Below, one piece after another: positions 57,952 to 64,000 of a DNA stretch of 64,000 nt (the first letter of the stretch is position 1; the number at the start of each line of letters is the position of its first letter). The DNA is from a virus. The stretch is taken from IMG/VR virus record IMGVR_UViG_3300032046_000013, positions 1-64,000 of that record; one strand, given 5' to 3'. The notes beneath the pieces are model-generated. The model saw nothing but the letters and a program-made list of their open reading frames with translations, was not told where the DNA came from and ran no database searches. A program made the translations under genes and the position numbers.

Positions 57952-59882
57952 TATTCCGTGTCCTCGTTCGGATAGGGGACTTGCGATTCGTCCATTGGCT
58001 TTTCAATTCCCATCAAATCATCAAATTCTGAGCGATCACCATGAAGAAAAGCATCTGCAATAAGTTCCAACATGGGTGGTTCCGGTGCGGGTTCATCGAG
58101 TTCCGCGAAGAATTTTTGCATGGTCATGGAGTTGATCTCGGCGTTGGGGTCTTCGGGAATTCTATTCATTGTTTTCTGAAGAAAATTCCAAAGGGCATTG
58201 GCGAGCGATGCAGTTTTCTTCCGTCCTTCCGTCGGCTCCTCGGCCCAGGGGTTGTTGTCAGGCGATTGCCCAGCCGAGGTCTTGCGCGAACCTACGGCTG
58301 AGGAAAACTTGGGCTTCCATCGGTTCTGTCTCTTGGCCGAATCCTTGAGCAGATCGCGGAGCCAACTCTCGAAATTCGATGTCCGCACCACGGCCCCATT
58401 GCGGGTCATCGCGTCCAGTTCGGACTTACCCACGGAGGTCGTGGCCCCGTCCTCCCAGGCGACGATCCACAGAGACTGACCCCGCTCGACCGCTGCATCC
58501 ACGATCTTACCAGTCCTGTAAGGTTCGACCTGCTGGAACTCATCTTCGACATTCCACCGGAACATCCGCGATCCCTGAACAGGCTGTTTCTTCGCGTCCG
58601 CGAGCAACCGCTCGAACACATCCACGGCCCGTTCCAGATTACCCGTGAGTTTCTCCCACAGGCCCTTGATCGAGTCCCAGATCCCGGCGGTCACGATCCG
58701 GCTTTGCTTGGCTGGTTTGACCTTCACCGTTTTGATGTCCGAGATCGAGGTCGTCTGTTTTGTCAGGTCAGCCAGCAGTTTCTCGACCGTCGCTTTTGCT
58801 TCGGCATCCACATGCTTCAGGGCCTCGGCAAGGGCTACGGGATATGTCCGGGCATACGACGGGTTCTCTTTGGTCGTCCATGCCAGTTCGTAAATGTCCT
58901 GGTCCAGCCGGATGCGGAGTTTGCCCACCGACTGCACGGCCTTGAAGATTGCCGGGTAGGCCATGAGTGCATCCCTATCTTTCTTCATCTGCTTGTCCAG
59001 CGTCTCGAACTGGTGCTTGGCCTCGTCGCACTTGGCCAAAGTTTCTTTAAGCGACCGCAGAGACTGCTCGATCTCCGGTGGCAGACCCGCCAGTTCGCCT
59101 TCGGGAACCCGGGCCGGAAGTCCGGGGTCCTCGCCCATAGGCATGTTCTTGTCGGCAGTCTTGCGCGAACCTTGTTTTTTCCATTGACCCGAAGCAATCA
59201 AATTTTCCAACTCAGTTTCTTTCAGCCAATGTTCGCCACCATGAGGGTCTCCCTCGATAGTAACCCAGTAACGCGGTTCCCCCCATTCTTCAGGGCCTTC
59301 GTTGGCCATTTCCTTAATCGTATATCGCTGGCCTTTCGAGTCTGTGAAACTTTCCCCTACTTGATGTAGCATTGTCTCGGATCGTAAGGCACGCTTGGTC
59401 AGTCCGAGTTCCCGGGCCAGCCGATCAGCCCGGCCCAGCTTGCGCGAGGCTTCTTTCCAGGCATGGTCAGGATAGAACAGGTCTTTGGCGTTCGGGTTGT
59501 CCATGGAGTCCCCACGCCAACCGCCGTCCACGCGCTGACCCCGGATTCGGTGAGTATTCCTCTGCTGCTCCGGGGGGTTCCGATAAGATTGGGCGGCATC
59601 GCTCGGAATTAGCGTGAACTCCCGGACTTCCGAATCATCGGCGGTCTTGTCCAGCCCGAGTTCCTGGGCCAGCCGGTCGGCCCGCGATTGTCCCTGCTTG
59701 GGCATCACTTCCTGCTTTTCCTGCCGGTGACCCACGAAGTCCAGTTCATCGGCCTTGAGGTCCCCATGAAAGAATCCCAAGTCCCCATACCGATCAATCT
59801 GCGCCCGCAGGTCATCCCGGGGTTCGCGTTTGGGACTTACCGCATTTTTCATCAACCTAGTCAGATGATCTGCTTCAGACAT
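57951..59882 (-). CDS. Multi-module protein (643 aa; start MSEAD)
   Basis: AAGGAG RBS at the true start; duplicated RADRLAxELGL; linkers PKQG, DKTA, RKLG, KKQG, RKTA, KKTA. Confidence 0.75.
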   Translation of the reverse strand: MSEADHLTRLMKNAVSPKREPRDDLRAQIDRYGDLGFFHGDLKADELDFVGHRQEKQEVMPKQGQSRADRLAQELGLDKTADDSEVREFTLIPSDAAQSYRNPPEQQRNTHRIRGQRVDGGWRGDSMDNPNAKDLFYPDHAWKEASRKLGRADRLARELGLTKRALRSETMLHQVGESFTDSKGQRYTIKEMANEGPEEWGEPRYWVTIEGDPHGGEHWLKETELENLIASGQWKKQGSRKTADKNMPMGEDPGLPARVPEGELAGLPPEIEQSLRSLKETLAKCDEAKHQFETLDKQMKKDRDALMAYPAIFKAVQSVGKLRIRLDQDIYELAWTTKENPSYARTYPVALAEALKHVDAEAKATVEKLLADLTKQTTSISDIKTVKVKPAKQSRIVTAGIWDSIKGLWEKLTGNLERAVDVFERLLADAKKQPVQGSRMFRWNVEDEFQQVEPYRTGKIVDAAVERGQSLWIVAWEDGATTSVGKSELDAMTRNGAVVRTSNFESWLRDLLKDSAKRQNRWKPKFSSAVGSRKTSAGQSPDNNPWAEEPTEGRKKTASLANALWNFLQKTMNRIPEDPNAEINSMTMQKFFAELDEPAPEPPMLELIADAFLHGDRSEFDDLMGIEKPMDESQVPYPNEDTE

Positions 59883-60534
59883 CGCTATCTCCTTCATCAT
59901 CAAAAATTTCGCGCAATCGCTCCAACCGCGCTTCGTGCGTTGATCCCTCGGCCAGCCCGAACTCATCCAGGTCGGGATGCACCCTGTCCGTGTAGCTGTT
60001 CCTGAACGTCTGTTCTTCCATGGTGATATCCGAGACGTTGCGTCGAAGTTCCGCATCTTCGCCTGCGGATTCCCGCACATCGGACTGTCCTCGATCATGG
60101 GACGAATCATACGGTGCTCGGGTAAAATCGATGCCGGGAATGGCACCGGAGAAATCGTCCAAGCCGAGGTCTATCTCGTTTTCGTTGAATTCCGGGACTT
60201 CCCCAAACTGCGGATTTTCCCCTCGGGGTATGGGTTGGCCCCGGAATTCCCGTTCTCGGGGTTCAGAATCACGGCGAGGATCAGGGGTTGGCGCGGCTTG
60301 GACGGGTATCCCTTGGCTCGCACCCCAAGTCACAAACCCCGATTGGGGTCCTGCGAGATCAGCCCGAGTAATGCCTTGAAGCAAATCATCCGCTGATATT
60401 CCTGGCTCCGCACCCCACCGTTGTTCGATGATCTGACTTCCGACCTTGATCGTCCGCCGAGGTCCCAAGAATCGGAAACCTTCTCGGGGGTCCTTGCCAC
60501 CGCTACCCTCGCCATCAAATAATTTCCTCATCAC
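59875..60534 (-). CDS. Acidic low-complexity protein (219 aa)
   Basis: AAGGAG RBS; overlaps the next start by 8 nt. Confidence 0.65.
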   Translation of the reverse strand: MMRKLFDGEGSGGKDPREGFRFLGPRRTIKVGSQIIEQRWGAEPGISADDLLQGITRADLAGPQSGFVTWGASQGIPVQAAPTPDPRRDSEPREREFRGQPIPRGENPQFGEVPEFNENEIDLGLDDFSGAIPGIDFTRAPYDSSHDRGQSDVRESAGEDAELRRNVSDITMEEQTFRNSYTDRVHPDLDEFGLAEGSTHEARLERLREIFDDEGDSDV

Positions 60535-60543
60535 CCGCTCCTT

Positions 60544-60915
60544 TTATATGCCGATCAGCCGTTCATGCTCCGGCTTTTCCAGATAATGCCGGATCGCCGA
60601 GATCGAGGTCCGAGCCAGTTCGATAGCTCCTTCGTAGGTGGCGTGATCTATCTGATCGCCACTCAGCAAGTGCGGCAACTTCATGTTGATCTGCCACTCC
60701 TGAGTTCGGATACACGCCTGAAGCCATTCCTCGAACTCGGATTTCAGGCCGACTCGATTCTGCTGAGCCGCTTGCAAAAACATTTCGTAGAGGTCCACGA
60801 TATGCTGTTCGTCGTCCCAGTCGTCTGGCCGCAGTTTGCCCGCGAATAGAGTTCGCTTCTCCGCAGGCAGGCCCATGAAGGCCCGGATTTCATCGGGCGA
60901 GACTAGACTGACCAT
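60544..60915 (-). CDS. Hypothetical protein (123 aa)
   Basis: GGAGG RBS before MVSLVS. Confidence 0.6.
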   Translation of the reverse strand: MVSLVSPDEIRAFMGLPAEKRTLFAGKLRPDDWDDEQHIVDLYEMFLQAAQQNRVGLKSEFEEWLQACIRTQEWQINMKLPHLLSGDQIDHATYEGAIELARTSISAIRHYLEKPEHERLIGI

Positions 60916-60934
60916 CGGCTTTTTACCTCCGAAC

Positions 60935-61120
60935 GAAGTGTCCCGACTCGATCTGTGATACGCTCCCCCGCATGAATGCGGGGGCATCTCGGATCAGACA
61001 TGGGCCTCACCCGATACGCTTGTCGGTTCTACGATCCGGCTTACTTTTCTGTAACGAAAAGCAGGGGCCGTGATCTCCCCGACCGTCACTTCGGGCGTAA
61101 CCCGCCCTAGTTCGAGAATG
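60935..61120 (-). ncRNA. Orphan TnpB-type omegaRNA/IS right end of a second family (guide AGATCGAGTCGGGACACTTC)
   Basis: Hairpin CCCCCGCATTCATGCGGGGG (60984-60965), then AGCGTA-TCAC ending at 60955; upstream GGGCGGGTTACGCCC hairpin; reads ILELGRVTPEVTVGE like a tnpB tail; no tnpB ORF attached. Confidence 0.6.
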
Positions 61121-61224
61121 ATTCATCGAGGTCTGCCTGGGCTTCCCTTGGATACACTGGGGCAAATTTCATTGCCTCATCGTAGTCATGGTCATTTATC
61201 AGCCGTTTTTCTGTCGTTTCCATC

Positions 61225-61797
61225 TCACCCTTCTCCTTTGATCGTCACATGCGTGATTCCCGGACTCGGCTTCGCTACTTCCGATTCCGGGGGCCTGAGC
61301 AATATCCGAAAAGCCGGGACCTGAATCAATGCGCTTTGAATGTCCGTAGGCAATTCATCCCATTGGTCTAGCAACAATTCACGGCTCGGAACTTCACCGA
61401 AAATCGATTGCAGAATCCCGACCCGTTTTTCGATAATCATCTGATCCCATTGCTCTTGCGCTCGGGTTTCTATCGAGGAAATGTGCGCGGTTTTACCGTA
61501 ACTCAACATCGTCGCCCTCTGGTCCCCCATGCCCGGAGACTTCTCTTTTCCAGGCACGGGAAATGACAGTAGGTAATCTATGCGTTTCAAATACTGATCA
61601 ACTGCGATGCAGGAGTTCACGATAGACACCACAGAGACTGCCATCGCCCGTTGGAGTTGGGATAACTGAATATCCTGCTCCCGGTCTGAGGGTAGCAGAT
61701 GTCGGTTCTCCACGGTCTGCCGCAGACGAATCGCCGCATTGCGGATGTCCGCCACGGCTTGGTCGATCTCACTGCGCTTATTTATCTGATCAGCCAT
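61225..61797 (-). CDS. Hypothetical helical protein (190 aa)
   Basis: TGATG coupling; GKTA linker; QWDELP..IQSAL. Confidence 0.65.
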   Translation of the reverse strand: MADQINKRSEIDQAVADIRNAAIRLRQTVENRHLLPSDREQDIQLSQLQRAMAVSVVSIVNSCIAVDQYLKRIDYLLSFPVPGKEKSPGMGDQRATMLSYGKTAHISSIETRAQEQWDQMIIEKRVGILQSIFGEVPSRELLLDQWDELPTDIQSALIQVPAFRILLRPPESEVAKPSPGITHVTIKGEG

Positions 61798-63824
61798 CAG
61801 AATCCATACTGGGACATCGAAGGCCCCTTGCTCACATTCTCATCCGACGGCTGGATGCCCCGCCGCACGGGTTCGCCCACTTCCAACCCCATCCCGAGTT
61901 CCTGCCGTAGGTCATCATCAGTCTGAACGGGCAATCCCTGGGATTCCGCCTGTTCGACTAACTGATCAACCTCGGACTTCAGTTGGGAAATCTCTTCGGT
62001 CAATGAATCCCTGTGCGTTCGCCATTCCATCACCCGCTCTTTTAATGTATCCATCCGATCCGGCGTCTGGATCACTTGGGGCGTGACCGGGGCCACCATC
62101 TGGGTCAATTGATCCAGAGGCACCAGATCGAAACTCAGGGGGCCTTCCACGACCTGAAATTCCATGCCGTCGCATCCGTCCAGACCGTAACCCTGCTTGG
62201 CGCGGAAGGCGAATATCCCGGGTTCCGTTTCCTCAAAATGTCCGTCTCGAATGCTTCCCATTTTGGACAGGGGGATGCGGTTGGGCAACCGAGCAATAGA
62301 GGCCCGGAATTGCTCGTCCGTAATTCGAGTATCCTCCAGGCCAGCGGTTTTCGCTGTGGCGGGTATTCGGCGCGAGAGCATTCCCTTGTAAAATTCCCGA
62401 TCTTCCGGGGATGAGTAATAGTAGTTCACCACCTCATCCGGGTCCAGGCCCTGATCTCGCGCCCAGTCCAGAATCTGATCTTCATCCCGCCCCTGGATAC
62501 TGAATTGATCGATCTGGTCTTTCACTTCTTCGCTCAGGCGTGAGGTCTTGGCCACGGGTGTCGCGGACTTCCACTCTCCGGTCTCCGGGGTGAACCGATA
62601 CCGCGAGATTTCCCGGTCTCCGTTCGGACCAGAGAACACGGCAATCAGATAGGTCTGCTGGGGCGCAAACTGTCCATGCTGACGAGCCGCGAGCCGAGCC
62701 TGGGCTACGGATGGGAACTGGCCTAGGTCTTCCCCCTCGGGGGTTCGCACGGACACGACTTGGCGGAGTCTCCGCGAGGTCTTGGGCTTCTCATCCAGCG
62801 GCTTATGGCACTTCGGACACTCCTGCTTATCCGGGTCCAAAATCTGGAAATGACAATGCGGACATTCCCGAGGGTCCGGTTCGTTCACCGTATCGGCGTC
62901 CGCCGATGCCTGCTTTTTCCACCTGGGTTCATCCTCGACGTTCGCCGCAAGGTAGCCCATAACATCTTCCTTGAATTCCGAGGCCAGTTCGTGCACCGCT
63001 TCCTGGAGGCTCAGCTTGTCCGCACTCACCTCGTTCACTTGCTCTCTGAGTGCTCGCACCCGATCCAGCATTTCCTGGTGCCCCGAACTCTTGGCCAGGG
63101 CCTCTTGCATGTCCAGCAGGTTCATGCCCAAGTCCCGGAGGTCCTGTTCGAGGCCCTGGCGTTCGGCCCCGACTTCCTCGATTTCCGAAGCAATGGTTCC
63201 GAATGGATCATCTTCACGAAAGGCCGCGAGAGTATCGCCTTCCTCAAGTCTCCACACTTCTCCGGCAGGATCGGGCCATTGATCGAATCGCTGGATTGCC
63301 CCGGACTTGGGTTTGATCTTCGCTTGTTTGTTCATCGCACCTTCATTCCGTTGGGCCTGTTTCATTACTGACCGGACATAGCCTAACTGGAATGGGGACA
63401 CTTCGCCAGTTCTTTCATCTTGCAGATCAATATCCGTCGCAAAAGGATTCCCAGAAGGCTGATATGGTTTCGATACCACCACATAAACATCTTCGCCATC
63501 GATCAATTTATCGCCGACACCAGGCGTTTCCATGAGTCCTTCCCAGTCGTCATCTTCATCTGGCTGTTCATTCACATTCGCACCTTCATTAGATTCATTT
63601 CTCATCGCAGTTTTCCTTCCCGTCGTAGCCGAATCATCGCGTTCCTGGACAATGGCCTGAGTGCCGATATTTGTCAAAAGGTTTTGCCTTGCCACCGCTT
63701 CTTCCTCAGTCTTGAACATCCCGTCCAACATCCAGGAGTTAGCCACAAATTTCATCACCCGGAAACGTAGCATCGGACGATAGTCGATATCTCTCAATAG
63801 CCGATCAGCCGTGCGTGGCCTCAC
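61797..63824 (-). CDS. Acidic multi-module protein (675 aa)
   Basis: Linkers RKTA, MKQA, NKQA, KKQA, AKTS, AKTA; coiled coils; CPHC/CPKC ribbon. Confidence 0.75.
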   Translation of the reverse strand: MRPRTADRLLRDIDYRPMLRFRVMKFVANSWMLDGMFKTEEEAVARQNLLTNIGTQAIVQERDDSATTGRKTAMRNESNEGANVNEQPDEDDDWEGLMETPGVGDKLIDGEDVYVVVSKPYQPSGNPFATDIDLQDERTGEVSPFQLGYVRSVMKQAQRNEGAMNKQAKIKPKSGAIQRFDQWPDPAGEVWRLEEGDTLAAFREDDPFGTIASEIEEVGAERQGLEQDLRDLGMNLLDMQEALAKSSGHQEMLDRVRALREQVNEVSADKLSLQEAVHELASEFKEDVMGYLAANVEDEPRWKKQASADADTVNEPDPRECPHCHFQILDPDKQECPKCHKPLDEKPKTSRRLRQVVSVRTPEGEDLGQFPSVAQARLAARQHGQFAPQQTYLIAVFSGPNGDREISRYRFTPETGEWKSATPVAKTSRLSEEVKDQIDQFSIQGRDEDQILDWARDQGLDPDEVVNYYYSSPEDREFYKGMLSRRIPATAKTAGLEDTRITDEQFRASIARLPNRIPLSKMGSIRDGHFEETEPGIFAFRAKQGYGLDGCDGMEFQVVEGPLSFDLVPLDQLTQMVAPVTPQVIQTPDRMDTLKERVMEWRTHRDSLTEEISQLKSEVDQLVEQAESQGLPVQTDDDLRQELGMGLEVGEPVRRGIQPSDENVSKGPSMSQYGF

Positions 63825-64000
63825 CTTCCGCTCCTTCGTGTAACCGCTGGCACGGGCATATTCCTATGGCTCCGAGGTCCCGAACTCGCCACAGGTTTGA
63901 CCGGGGGCTGGTATCCATACCTGGACCGGATGGTATCCAGGGGATTGGCCCCAGGGATGGCTCCCATTCCCGGAGTCGGCATCAGGCCCCGCATCCGCTG
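63821..64000 (-). CDS. 3' end of a gene running off the window
   Basis: Open frame QRMRGLMPTPG...RRSGR* with a GTGA overlap onto the next gene. Confidence 0.45.
   Translation of the reverse strand, partial: QRMRGLMPTPGMGAIPGANPLDTIRSRYGYQPPVKPVASSGPRSHRNMPVPAVTRRSGR

Noticed and set aside
59883-60146. N-terminal 88 aa of the 731-aa track ORF
   Set aside because: It overlaps the 219-aa gene; the strong RBS supports the start at 59882.

Overview
This 64-kb window (~55% GC, standard code) is the virion-morphogenesis region of a large contractile-tailed (myovirus-type) phage, read almost entirely on the minus strand. From right to left it holds: ~15 kb of acidic multi-module ORFs; an intein-containing portal; a 5.5-kb inverted (+ strand) accessory island; prohead protease, scaffold, decoration protein and major capsid protein; adaptor and fibre genes; tail terminator, sheath and tube; a -1 frameshifted tail chaperone; a collagen-like fibre beside a glycosylation cassette; neck genes; three paralogous tape-measure-like genes; and baseplate hub and spike. 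IS200/IS605 (OMEGA) material is dense, with no TnpA in the window: one intact TnpB, two IsrB elements inserted at start codons, and several protein-less omegaRNA or end fragments. One of these is a near-identical copy of the TnpB omegaRNA 3' scaffold sitting in-frame inside a gene next to the capsid gene, with a new guide. The best candidates for undescribed biology are (1) a putative set of capsid-packaged cargo polyproteins, in which acidic domains are joined by recurring basic K/R-K-x-A/G linkers also present in the scaffold, with DNA-level evidence of module shuffling; (2) trans-acting omegaRNA cassettes embedded in virion genes; and (3) a triplicated tape measure. All family assignments come from motifs, synteny and recall, not database searches.
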